Shown: in pieces, positions 1 to 12,946 of the stretch
How positions within the stretch are numbered: position 1 is the first letter of the stretch
How the letters are laid out: the number at the start of each line of letters is the position of its first letter
Origin: Macrostomum hystrix
Lineage: Eukaryota; Animalia; Platyhelminthes
Direction of reading: 5' to 3'
Length of the DNA stretch: 64,000 nt
NCBI GenBank assembly: GCA_950097015.1
Contig: CATNEN010000025.1
Location: forward strand, 4,092,001 to 4,156,000
Program-made: the position numbers and the translations under genes
Notes under the pieces: generated by a model
Database searches by the model: none
What the model was told of the DNA's origin: nothing
What the model saw: the letters and a program-made list of their open reading frames with translations, nothing else

Positions 1-573
1 AGGTGGGAAAGAAATTAAGGGGTGGGAAAGTGATTAAGGGGGCGGGAAAGAGATTACTGAGGTGGGAAAGAGATTAATGAGGTGGGAAAGAGATTAATGA
101 GGTGGGAAAGAGATTCATGAGTTGGGAAAGAGATTAAGGGGTGGGAAAGAGATTCATGAGGTGGAAAAGAGATTCATGAGTTGGGAAAGAGAATGAGGGG
201 GTTGGAAAGAAATTAAGGGGTGGGAAAGGGATTAAGGGGGCGGGAAAGAGATTTATGAGGTGGGAAAGAGATTAATGAGGTGGGAAAGAAATTAAGGGGT
301 GGGAAAGTGATTAAGGGGGCGGGAAAGAGATTTATGAGGTGGGAAAGAGATTACTGAGGTGGGAAAGAGATTAATGAGGTGGGAAAGAGATTAATGAGGT
401 GGGAAAGAGATTCATGAGTTGGGAAAGAGATTAAGGGGTGGGAAAGAGATTCATGAGGTGGAAAAGAGATTCATGAGTTGGGAAAGAGAATGAGGGGGTT
501 GGAAAGAAATTAAGGGGTGGGAAAGGGATTAAGGGGGTGGGAAAGAGATTAAGGGGGTGGGAAAGGGATTAAG
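1..573. repeat. G-rich minisatellite, ~19-21 bp unit (GAGGTGGGAAAGAGATTAAT-like), truncated by the window start
   Basis: Tandem degenerate units read directly. A block of ~130 bp recurs at ~109-240 and ~407-537. Confidence 0.9.
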
Positions 574-879
574 AAGTTCGGAGACAGATTAAAAAAGTGG
601 GATAAAAATGTCCCCCTTTTTCAGTGCAAGTGTGGCATGATAAAAAAGCGCGGTGAAATTCAAGAGAATAAGGTCGTGATGGTGTGATGCATTAATTTAT
701 TCTCTAAATTGTGACCTTTAACGATAATTAGTACCTATCTAATAAAATGCTGTATCATTAGTTTAGTCATACTCCTAATATATTCTTAATAGGGGTAAAG
801 ACGGTAAGATAAGGTCTCAAATACTTTGGCATTGTTGATAGTAATTGTTCATAAGAAATGGGGCAAACACGAAATATCT

Positions 880-1420
880 CACAAAAAATCCATACACCAC
901 ACATAAGATATCATCAGATACCACACACCGATTGCCCCACATTAAATATCCCAAACCAAATATCCCAAACCAAATATCGCACACAAAATATCCTACACCA
1001 GATATCCCACACCAAATATCCCACACAAAATATCCCACACCAAATATCCCACACCAAAAATCCCAGACCAAATATCCCACACCAGATATCCAACACCAAA
1101 TATCCCACACAAAATATCCCACACCAAATATCCCACACCAAAAATCCCAGACCAAATATCCCACAACAAATATCCCACACAAAATACAATACACAAAATA
1201 AACCACACAAAATATCCCACACTAGGTATCCCACACTAGGTATCCCACACTAAATATCCCACACCAGATATCCCACACTAAATATCCCACGATAAGTATC
1301 CCACACTAAATACCCCATACGAATTATCCCTCACAAAATATCCCACATCCAATATCCCACATTCAATATCCCACACTAAATATCCCACACTGAATATTCA
1401 CACCAAATACCCACCACCAA
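880..1420. repeat. Degenerate ~14-bp minisatellite (AAATATCCCACACC)
   Basis: Tandem units visible; accounts for the low-complexity ORFs at 817-1253. Confidence 0.9.
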
Positions 1421-1481
1421 ATACCTCAGAATTCGGCTGTTCCACGCACACAGACTTAGTTGAAGCAAAGCACTGGTCACA

Positions 1482-1703
1482 ATGTCAGCCGCCGGCCTAT
1501 GCAATGCCATCCTGTGGCTGCTGATCCTGCTATTCCTGGCCTGGCCTCTGGGCTTCCTGATGGTGTGGCTGTACATGCTACTGCTGCCATTCTCCGGCTG
1601 CATCGAGGCGCTGAGAGCACTCACCGATCCGCTGCTGCACGTGGCCCAGCTGCCGCTGCGCTGCGCCGAGAACATGGTGCAGATGAAGCCTCTCTTCTCC
1701 TAG
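1482..1703 (+). CDS. Small (73 aa) hydrophobic membrane protein, uncharacterised invertebrate-type family
   Basis: ATG 1482 to TAG 1703, GC-rich with coding-like codon use amid repeats. Long hydrophobic stretch (ILWLLILLFLAWPLGFLMVWLYMLLLPF) and a C-terminal LPLRCAENMVQMKPL motif that resembles small conserved invertebrate proteins I recall; not database-checked. Confidence 0.75.
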   Translation: MSAAGLCNAILWLLILLFLAWPLGFLMVWLYMLLLPFSGCIEALRALTDPLLHVAQLPLRCAENMVQMKPLFS

Positions 1704-1797
1704 GAGAACTGGGCCAGAACTCTGAGGTTGAGTTACTCATTCGCTATCCAGATATCACGTGTTGCAGTTTTTGAGTTCGTTATCATTCAAGATCTCC

Positions 1798-2402
1798 CCT
1801 GTCTGTAACTGTCTGTAACTGTCACTCCCACTGTCTGTAATTCTGTCACTCCGACTGTCTGTAACTGCCACTCCTACTGTCTGTAACTGTCACTCCCACT
1901 GTCTGTAACTGTCACTCCTACGGTCTGTAACTGTCACTCCCAACCACTGTCTGTAACTGTCACTCCCACTGTCTGTAACTGCCACTCCTACTGTCTGTAA
2001 CTGTCACTCCCAACCACTTTCTGTAACTGTCACTCCCACTGTCTGTAACTGTCACTCCCACTGTCTCTAACTGCCACTCCCACTGTCTCTAACTGCCACT
2101 CCCACTGTCTCTAACTGCCACTCCCACTGTCTCTAACTGCCACTCCCACTGTCTCTAACTGTCACTCCTACTGTCTGTAACTGTCACTCCTACTGTCTGT
2201 AACTGTCACTCCTACTGTCTGTAACTGTCACTCCCAACCACTGACTGTAACTGTCACTCCCACTGTCTGAAACTGTCACTCCCACTGTCTGTAACTGTCA
2301 CTCCCAACCACTGACTGTAACTGTCACTCCCAACCACTGTCTGAAACTGTCACTCCCACTGTCTGTAACTGTCACTCCCACTGTCTGTAACTGTCACTTC
2401 CA
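1798..2402. repeat. 22/26-bp minisatellite (CTGTCTGTAACTGTCACTCCCA, with or without ACCA)
   Basis: Period 22 measured at 2041 and 2063. Confidence 0.92.
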
Positions 2403-3243
2403 CTCTGATTGTAAGCTGTCTTCAAAGCTCATGTCACAATTAAAGCATGTGTACATACGTCGAATACGTAACCCCATATAAAAAATAAATCACGACCCTG
2501 CTTCACCACTTTGTGCAGTCTAAAAACAGTTTTATATCGGACAAATTACTTCTAGATACTTATTGTCATGTTTTTATAATCCAAGTCGATACGGACTCAT
2601 TGTCCAGAACAGGATGGCCTCTTCCTAGAAGATGAAATACTTTTCTTCGCCGAAGAAGGACTAAGTTTTTATGATACCGCGGCTAAATCCCAGAAGACAG
2701 CGAAACTCGACCTGACTAACTAGGTCAATAAATCATTTATGCTCATCTAGGATTCTGGATCTGGATCGACTCTTCCAGTCGCAGCAGATTGCCCTCCGGA
2801 GAGCCCATAGCTACGTCAGTAACATTTTCCGCTCTCCCCCGGGACTGGGGCTAGAAGATTGAACTCGTATAAAGTCGTCGAGCATTGATTAAAAACTCGA
2901 TGTTAAAGTCTCTGTTGCTATTGTTTAGAATTAGAATTAGGCGGCGGTAGAAGCGGCCACATTTGTGTTTGACAGCACCATGCGCATTAATGTGCAGAGC
3001 ACAGCATGACTGATGCTATCAGTCCTGAATATTTCATGGCGTAGCTATGGAGCCACTCTAAGCTAAGCTAATGAGTTATGCCACATACAGCACAGGCAGT
3101 GGCCTTCATCTGTGTTGTGTGTGTTACAACTGTGTATCTGTTTAACACAGAATGATGATTCGGCTATTTAGCTACAAGATATGAGATAACAGCTAGAACA
3201 ATGAACAAGGAACATTTTCGAAATGTGACTTAGGACGGATTTA

Positions 3244-3295
3244 GGGGGTTGTAGCCTAGTGGTTAGAGCGTCGAACTCACGACTTGAAGGTCGGG
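3244..3295 (+). mobile_element. tRNA(Val-CAC)-like SINE head fragment, truncated before the B box
   Basis: A box TAGCCTAGTGG and anticodon loop CTCACGA. ACGACTTGAAGGTCGGG is shared with the SINE at 37448. No T arm or 3' acceptor stem. Confidence 0.7.
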
Positions 3296-5480
3296 AATGT
3301 GAGACTGTATTTAGGGAATGTGAGACTATTTAGGGAATGTGAGGCTGTACTCGTATTTAGGGAATGTGAGGCTGTATTTAGGGAATGTGAGGCTGTATTT
3401 AGGGAATGTGAGGCTGTATTTAGGGAATGTGAGGCTGTATTTAGGGAATGTGAGGCTGTATTTAGGGAATGTGAGACTGTATTTAGGGAATGTGAGGCTG
3501 TATTTAGGGAATGTGAGACTGTTTAGGGAATGTGAGACTGTATTTAGGGAATGTGAGACTGTTTAGGGAATGTGAGGCTGTATTTAGGGAATGTGAGACT
3601 GTATTTAGGGAATGTGAGACTGTATTTAGGGAATGTGAGACTGTATTTAGGGAATGTGAGGCTGTATTTAGGGAATGTGAGACTGTATTTAGGGAATGTG
3701 AGACTGTATTTAGGGAATGTGAGACTGTATTTAGGGAATGTGAGGCTGTATTTAGGGAATGTGAGGCTGTATTTAGGGAATGTGAGACTGTATTTAGGGA
3801 ATGTGAGACTGTATTTAGGGAATGTGAGACTGTATTTAGGGAATGTGAGACTGTATTTAGGGAATGTGAGACTGTTTAGGGAATGTGAGACTGTATTTAG
3901 GGAATGTGAGACTGTTTAGGGAATGTGAGGCTGTATTTAGGGAATGTGAGACTGTATTTAGGGAATGTGAGACTGTATTTAGGGAATGTGAGACTATTTA
4001 GGGAATGTGAGGCTGTACTCGTATTTAGGGAATGTGAGGCTGTATTTAGGGAATGTGAGACTATATTTAGGGAATGTGAGACTGTATTTAGGGAATGTGA
4101 GACTGTATTTAGGGAATGTGAGGCTGTATTTAGGGAATGTGAGACTGTATTTAGGGAATGTGAGACTATTTAGGGAATGTGAGACTATTTAGGGAATGTG
4201 AGACTGTATTTAGGGAATGTGAGACTGTATTTAGGGAATGTGAGACTGTTTAGGGAATGTGAGGCTGTATTTAGGGAATGTGAGACTGTATTTAGGGAAT
4301 GTGAGACTGTATTTAGGGAATGTGAGACTGTATTTAGGGAATGTGAGACTATTTAGGGAATGTGAGGCTGTACTCGTATTTAGGGAATGTGAGGCTGTAT
4401 TTAGGGAATGTGAGACTATATTTAGGGAATGTGAGACTATTTAGGGAATGTGAGACTGTATTTAGGGAATGTGAGGCTGTATTTAGGGAATGTGAGACTG
4501 TATTTAGGGAATGTGAGACTATTTAGGGAATGTGAGGCTGTACTCGTATTTAGGGAATGTGAGGCTGTATTTAGGGAATGTGAGACTATATTTAGGGAAT
4601 GTGAGACTATTTAGGGAATGTGAGACTGTATTTAGGGAATGTGAGGCTGTATTTAGGGAATGTGAGACTGTATTTAGGGAATGTGAGACTATTTAGGGAA
4701 TGTGAGACTGTATTTAGGGAATGTGAGACTGTATTTAGGGAATGTGAGACTGTATTTAGGGAATGTGAGACTATTTAGGGAATGTGAGGCTGTACTCGTA
4801 TTTAGGGAATGTGAGGCTGTATTTAGGGAATGTGAGACTGTATTTAGGGAATGTGAGACTGTATTTAGGGAATGTGAGGCTGTATTTAGGGAATGTGAGG
4901 CTGTATTTAGGGAATGTGAGGCTGTATTTAGGGAATGTGAGACTGTATTTAGGGAATGTGAGACTGTATTTAGGGAATGTGAGGCTGTATTTAGGGAATG
5001 TGAGACTGTATTTAGGGAATGTGAGACTATTTAGGGAATGTGAGGCTGTACTCGTATTTAGGGAATGTGAGGCTGTATTTAGGGAATGTGAGACTGTATT
5101 TAGGGAATGTGAGACTGTATTTAGGGAATGTGAGGCTGTATTTAGGGAATGTGAGGCTGTATTTAGGGAATGTGAGGCTGTATTTAGGGAATGTGAGACT
5201 GTATTTAGGGAATGTGAGACTGTATTTAGGGAATGTGAGACTGTATTTAGGGAATGTGAGGCTGTATTTAGGGAATGTGAGACTGTATTTAGGGAATGTG
5301 AGACTGTATTTAGGGAATGTGAGCCTGTATTTAGGGAATGTGAGGCTGTATTTAGGGAATGTGAGGCTGTATTTAGGGAATGTGAGACTGTATTTAGGGA
5401 ATGTGAGACTGTATTTAGGGAATGTGAGACTGTATTTAGGGAATGTGAGACTGTATATAGGGAATGTGAGACTGTATTTA
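3293..5480. repeat. 21-bp minisatellite (GGGAATGTGAGACTGTATTTA), ~100 units
   Basis: Period 21 (3361, 3382), with shorter and 27-bp variants; explains the FRECETV and YLGNVRL ORFs. Confidence 0.97.
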
Positions 5481-6184
5481 AAGTGAATAAATTTTTATTG
5501 CAACAAAGCAATATCGAAAACCAGTTTGTGCCACAACTGAAGACCTGGCCTTGTTATGTCGATTGCAAATAAGTAAATATTTATTATTTTCTGATTAATG
5601 TAAATTCAATAACAGCTTAAGGCGTGTTTGTGTCAGTAGAGGAATAAACTAGACCGAATAAAAAAGAATGAAAGAAAAATCAAAACAGGAGTTCAACTCA
5701 GGCAAACAGAAAGTTTGACAAGGCATATTCTTTAAGGCATGGAGCATCTACGAGTACTCATAAATAGCTGAGTCTATAATAGTCGCTTTGGCATTTACAT
5801 TGTAGCATTTTAACATAAACATTAACGAGCAATCTACTTACTATACACAAGCTATTCAATAAGAATGTCTTCTCTAACATCAGCGCATATCACCAAAACC
5901 AACTTCTGGATGCAAAGTGGTAAACAAAAGTATGCAACAAATTCTAAATAATGAGATGCACAGATTAAGTCCTAAAGGCTAAGAAACATTTACAAGCTCA
6001 ATGCAAACCCACTCAGATGAGACGAAATAAAACATACCGGTCGCCAATGTAATATGAGGATATAGGAATGTGGGCGACATGATTTTTAAGTTGCCCATTG
6101 AAATACTCATTATAAACCATTTAACTGGATTGAAAAATGTCTAGGAAGACTAGGTTTTTAATGATAAAGAACATTACTTAGTCA

Positions 6185-9130
6185 TCTGGTAGAGTGGATG
6201 TACTATCTGAGGATCTGGTAGAGTGGATGGACTATCTGAGGATCTGGTAGAGTGGATGTACTATCTGAGGATCTGGTAGAGTGGATGGACTATCTGAGGA
6301 TCTGGTAGAGTGGCTGGACTATCTGAGGATCTGGTAGAGTGGATGGACTATCTGAGGATCTGGTAGAGTGGCTAGACTATCTGAGGATCTGGTAGAGTGG
6401 ATGGACTATCTGAGGATCTGGTAGAGTGGCTAGACTATCTGAGGATCTGGTAGAGTGGCTAGACTATCTGAGGATCTGGTAGAGTGGCTAGACTATCTGA
6501 GGATCTGGTAGAGTGGATGGACTATCTGAGGATCTGGTAGAGTGGATGGACTATCTGAGGATCTGGTAGAGTGGCTGGACTATCTGAGGATCTGGTAGAG
6601 TGGCTGGACTATCTGAGGATCTGGTAGAGTGGCTGGACTATCTGAGGATCTGGTAGAGTGGATGGACTATCTGAGGATCTGGTAGAGTGGCTGGACTATC
6701 TGAGGATCTGGTAGAGTGGCTGGACTATCTGAGGATCTGGTAGAGTGGATGGACTATCTGAGGATCTGGTAGAGTGGCTGGACTATCTGAGGATCTGGTA
6801 GAGTGGCTGGACTATCTGAGGATCTGGTTGAGTGGATGGACTATCTGAGGATCTGGTAGAGTGGATGGACTATCTGAGGATCTGGTAGAGTGGCTAGACT
6901 ATCTGAGGATCTGGTAGAGTGGCTAGACTATCTGAGGATCTGGTAGAGTGGCTAGACTATCTGAGGATCTGGTAGAGTGGCTAGACTATCTGAGGATCTG
7001 GTAGAGTGGCTGGACTATCTGAGGATCTGGTAGAGTGGATGGACTATCTGAGGATCTGGTAGAGTGGCTGGACTATCTGAGGATCTGGTAGAGTGGCTGG
7101 ACTATCTGAGGATCTGGTAGAGTGGATGTACTATCTGAGGATCTGGTAGAGTGGCTGGACTATCTGAGGATCTGGTAGAGTGGCTGGACTATCTGAGGAT
7201 CTGGTAGAGTGGCTGGACTATCTGAGGATCTGGTAGAGTGGATGGACTATCTGAGGATCTGGTAGAGTGGATGGACTATCTGAGGATCTGGTAGAGTGGA
7301 TGGACTATCTGAGGATCTGGTAGAGTGGATGGACTATCTGAGGATCTGGTAGAGTGGATGGACTATCTGAGGATCTGGTAGAGTGGATGGACTATCTGAG
7401 GATCTGGTAGAGTGGCTAGACTATCTGAGGATCAGGTAGAGTGGCTAGACTATCTGAGGATCTGGTAGAGTGGATGGACTATCTGAGGATCTGGTAGAGT
7501 GGCTGAACTATCTGAGGATCTGGTAGAGTGGATGGACTATCTGAGGATCTGGTCTTGATTATCTGAGGATCTGGTAGAGTGGCTAGACTATCTGAGGATC
7601 TGGTAGAGTGGCTAGACTATCTGAGGATCTGGTAGAGTGGCTAGACTATCTGAGGATCTGGTAGAGTGGCTAGACTATCTGAGGATCTGGTAGAGTGGAT
7701 GGACTATCTGAGGATCTGGTAGAGTGGCTGAACTATCTGAGGATCTGGTAGAGTGGATGGACTATCTGAGGATCTGGTAGAGTGGCTAGACTATCTGAGG
7801 ATCTGGTAGAGTGGATGGACTATCTGAGGATCTGGTAGAGTGGCTGAACTATCTGAGGATCTGGTAGAGTGGATGGACTATCTGAGGATCTGGTCTTGTT
7901 TATCTGAGGATCTGGTAGAGTGGCTAGACTATCTGAGGATCTGGTAGAGTGGCTAGACTATCTGAGGATCTGGTAGAGTGGCTAGACTATCTGAGGATCT
8001 GGTAGAGTGGCTAGACTATCTGAGGATCTGGTAGAGTGGCTAGACTATCTGAGGATCTGGTAGAGTGGCTAGACTATTTGAGGATCTGGTAGAGTGGCTT
8101 GACTATCTGAGGATCTGGTAGAGTGGCTAGACTATCTGAGGATCTGGTAGAGTGGCTAGACTATCTGAGGATCTGGTAGAGTGGCTTGACTATCTAAGGA
8201 TCTGGTAGAGTGGCTAGACTATCTGAGGATCTGGTAGAGTGGCTAGACTATCTGAGGATCTGGTAGAGTGGCTAGACTATCTGAGGATCTGGTAGAGTGG
8301 CTAGACTATCTGAGGATCTGGTAGAGTGGCTAGACTATCTGAGGATCTGGTAGAGTGGCTAGACTATCTGAGGATCTGGTAGAGTGGCTAGACTATTTGA
8401 GGATCTGGTAGAGTGGCTTGACTATCTGAGGATCTGGTAGAGTGGCTAGACTATCTGAGGATCTGGTAGAGTGGCTAGACTATCTGAGGATCTGGTAGAG
8501 TGGCTTGACTATCTAAGGATCTGGTAGAGTGGCTAGACTATCTGAGGATCTGGTAGAGTGGCTAGACTATCTGAGGATCTGGTAGAGTGGCTAGACTATT
8601 TGAGGATCTGGTAGAGTGGCTTGACTATCTGAGGATCTGGTAGAGTGGCTAGACTATCTGAGGATCTGGTAGAGTGGCTAGACTATCTGAGGATCTGGTA
8701 GAGTGGCTAGACTATCTGAGGATCTGGTAGAGTGGCTAGACTATCTGAGGATCTGGTAGAGTGGCTTGACTATCTGAGGATCTGGTAGAGTGGCTAGACT
8801 ATCTGAGGATCTGGTAGAGTGGCTAGACTATCTGAGGATCTGGTAGAGTGGCTTGACTATCTAAGGATCTGGTAGAGTGGCTAGACTATCTGAGGATCTG
8901 GTAGAGTGGCTTGACTATCTAAGGATCTGGTAGAGTGGCTTGACTATCTGAGGATCTGGTAGAGTGGCTTGACTATCTAAGGATCTGGTAGAGTGGCTAG
9001 ACTATCTGAGGATCTGGTAGAGTGGCTTGACTATCTAAGGATCTGGTAGAGTGGCTAGACTATCTGAGGATCTGGTAGAGTGGCTTGACTATCTAAGGAT
9101 CTGGTAGAGTGGCTTGACTATCTAAGGATC
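6185..9130. repeat. 29-bp minisatellite (TCTGGTAGAGTGGMTRGACTATCTGAGGA), ~100 units
   Basis: Period 29 (6241, 6270); highly homogeneous. Confidence 0.97.
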
Positions 9131-9163
9131 AGAAAAGTTGGTTGGCAAAGGGTGACAGTTTGA

Positions 9164-10817
9164 TTAGGCGTACAACTCCTTTTCAATTTTCTCGCCATTG
9201 GGCATTGTGAACTGCTGCTGCTGCTGCTGACTGGCAGAGGAGCCGTTAGCGGCTCGCTGGAGAAGTCGCTCGCTGGCGCTAGGCTCCCGGGGCTTCTCCC
9301 TTGGATCGTAGGCCTCCCTATTGACATTGTATTTAGTGAACTGTTCCACTTGCTCTAATGTGATGGTCATCTTAGCCAAGGCAGTTTTGTATTGCACCAA
9401 TTCGTCCACCATCTGGCAGCGCTGGCGAAGTGCCCGCATCTCGTGATCTTTGCGCTCTAGTAGTTCAGTCAGGCGACTCACCTGGGCGGAAGGATAATAA
9501 GGCTCGTAAAAATTTGTGCTCTCCGTTCGGTAAATTACTGCATATTGCACATTACTAAACATTACCCATAGGGATTCTCCCACCACCGATTGCTGGTTGG
9601 GATTCTCCCTTAAACGATTATCTGATTTGGATTCGCCCTCAAACGATTATCTGATTTGGATTCTCCCTCAAACGAGTGTCTGATTGGGATTCTCCCACCA
9701 CCGATTGTCTGATTGGGATTCTTCCAACACCGATTGTCTGATTGGGATTCTCCCTCACACTATTATCTGATTGGGATTCTCCCTCAAACTATTATCTGAT
9801 TGGGATTCTCCCTCAAACTATTATCTGATTGGGATTCTCCCTCAAACTATTATCTGATTAGGATTCTCCCTCAAACTATTATCTGATTGGGATTCTCCCT
9901 CAAACTATTATCTGATTGGGATTCTCCCTCAAACTATTATCTGATTGGGATTCTCCCTCAAACTATTATCTGATTGGGATTCTCCCTCAAACTATTATCT
10001 GATTGGGATTCTCCCTCAAACTATTATCTGATTGGGATTCTCCCTCAAACTATTATCTGATTGGGATTCTCCCTCAAACTATTATCTGATTGGGATTCTC
10101 CCTCAAACGAGTGTCCGATTGGGATTCTCCCTCAAACTATTATCTGATTGGGATTCTCCCTCAAACTATTATCTGATTGGGATTCTCCCTCAAACGAGTG
10201 TCCGATTGGGATTCTCCCTCAAACTATTATCTGATTGGGATTCTCCCTCAAACTATTATCTGATTGGGATTCTCCCTCAAACTATTATCTGATTGGGATT
10301 CTCCCTCAAACTATTATCTGATTGGGATTCTCCCTCAAACTATTATCTGATTGGGATTCTCCCTCAAACTATTATCTGATTGGGATTCTCCCTCAAACTA
10401 TTATCTGATTGGGATTCTCCCTCAAACTATTATCTGATTGGGATTCTCCCTCAAACTATTATCTGATTGGGATTCTCCCTCAAACTATTATCTGATTGGG
10501 ATTCTCCCTCAAACGATTGTCTGATTGGGATTATACCCGATTCTCGCATCAAGACATTCTATATGTGATAGTAGCCCAAACAAACGAACCTGAGCAGTGG
10601 CCTTGCCCAGCTTCTGTCCCATGGAGTCCATTTCTCGCTGATAGCGGCCGGACATATCCGTCACCATCTGGTGCGCCTCGGCGTCGCGACGTTTGGCGTC
10701 GGCTTCCAATTCGGCGCAGCGGGCTTCGAGCTCGGCAACGCGTTCCATCATAGCAGACAGGTGACGATTGGCCTCCTCAATGCTGGTCTTATTGTGCGGC
10801 CCACCCGAGGACCACAT
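9164..10817 (-). CDS. VMAC: VMAC-like coiled-coil protein, 2 exons (10817-10590, 9481-9164), 181 aa
   Basis: Phase-0 intron with donor CAG|GTTCGT at 10589 and acceptor TTCCGCCCAG at 9482 joins two ORFs in frame (..GKATAQ|VSRLTELL..). N-terminal IEEANRHLSAMMERVAELEAR resembles vertebrate [25 protein letters not shown] (recalled). Heptad pattern. Confidence 0.65.
9590..10530. repeat. 29-bp intronic minisatellite (CTGATTGGGATTCTCCCTCAAACTATTAT)
   Basis: Period 29 (9781, 9810); fills the VMAC-like intron. Confidence 0.95.
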
Positions 10818-10949
10818 GCTGACTGCTGCTGCTTGGCCAACAGGATAGGCTGGCTCTCTATGGTGTACGCTAACTGCGCTTGTTGCAGTGACAGCTAGCT
10901 GCGTGTGCCGATGTGGCTGAGGGATTGGGACAGCGGGATTCGTTCATAA

Positions 10950-11478
10950 CAACTGTCACGTGATGAGGCTGTGGCTACCAAATGATTCGCTAGTCACTGT
11001 CACGTGATGAGGCTGTGAGGCTACCAAAGATCGATGATGTCACTGTCACGTGATGAGGCTGTGGCTACCAAATGATTCGCTAGTCACTGTCACGTGATGA
11101 GGCTGTGAGGCTACCAAAGATCGATGATGTCACTGTCCCGTGATGAGGCTTTGAGGCTAACAAATGATCGATGATGTCACTGTCATGTGATGAGGCTAAG
11201 GCTAACTACCAAATGATTCGATAGTCACTGTCACGTGATAAGGCTGTGAGGCTAAAAAAAGATCGATTATTTCATTATCACGTAATGAGGCTGAGGCTAC
11301 CAAATGATCGATGATGTCACTGTCACGTGACGAGGCCGTCAGGCTAACAAAAAATTTGATTCTGTCATTGTCTCGTGAACGAGGCCGTCAGGCTAACAAA
11401 TAATTCGATTCTGTCATTGTCACGTGATGAGGCTGTCAGGCTAACAAATAATTCGATTCTGTCATTGTCACGTGATGT
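10950..11478. repeat. Degenerate ~45-49 bp tandem repeat carrying GTCACGTGA (E-box) motifs
   Basis: About 12 units of GTCAYTGTCACGTGATGAGGCTG..., about 8 with an intact CACGTG. Confidence 0.85.
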
Positions 11479-12003
11479 ATTGACAAAACACATGATGATT
11501 AAATATCTGCTTCTAGCTCTAATATTTACCCCAACAGCCAAGAGCTGCATATATTAGCCAGTTAAAATTCTTTGAATGGGTAGCAATTGAATTCAATAAT
11601 GCCTAGCTGTCCAAAGGCACAGACAAGTAGGTTAGAATCAGTGCAAATGCACCGATACACTCAAATAGATCAAGATGAATATAAAATTCGCTATTGACAA
11701 AATCGTCAATAGAAATGAACTAAGAATCTATCCATATGGATATTTTTTAAGCTAAAACGGTAGAAATTATGTCTAGTATGACTGTGAAAACACATTGTAG
11801 CGATGATGTTGCCCTATTCAGGCCAAAAAAGCAAGACAGAACACATTTCAGTTTTTTTAATCCAAACTGTCACAATTTTTTACTTGGGACGCGCTTCAGC
11901 TTCGCGATGGCATGCAAGCATTGTTAGATTTCCTCACACATTAGCTAGCAACAGTAACCTATAGGAGCTTTGACTGTGCCTGAAACCAATTATTGCTTAA
12001 TAA

Positions 12004-12926
<923 letters not shown>

Positions 12927-12946
12927 TGTCAATGTGACGGCTTGTA

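Noticed and set aside
795-818. GTAAAGACGGT resembles my recollection of the start of the Macrostomum spliced leader
   Set aside because: Only 11 nt match, which is about expected by chance in this window. The rest of the leader, the donor and the Sm site are absent.
3244-3295. Functional tRNA-Val(CAC) gene
   Set aside because: It lacks the T arm, B box and 3' acceptor stem, and matches the SINE at 37.4 kb.
817-5572. Long ORFs such as the NIPHQISHTK, FRECETV and YLGNVRL repeats
   Set aside because: They are translations of 14- and 21-bp minisatellites, open in several frames, with no unique sequence.
10032-10292. ORF MGFSLKLLSDWDSPS... and similar ORFs at 43244-44832 and 55204-55686
   Set aside because: Translations of the 29-, 27- and 17-bp tandem repeats.
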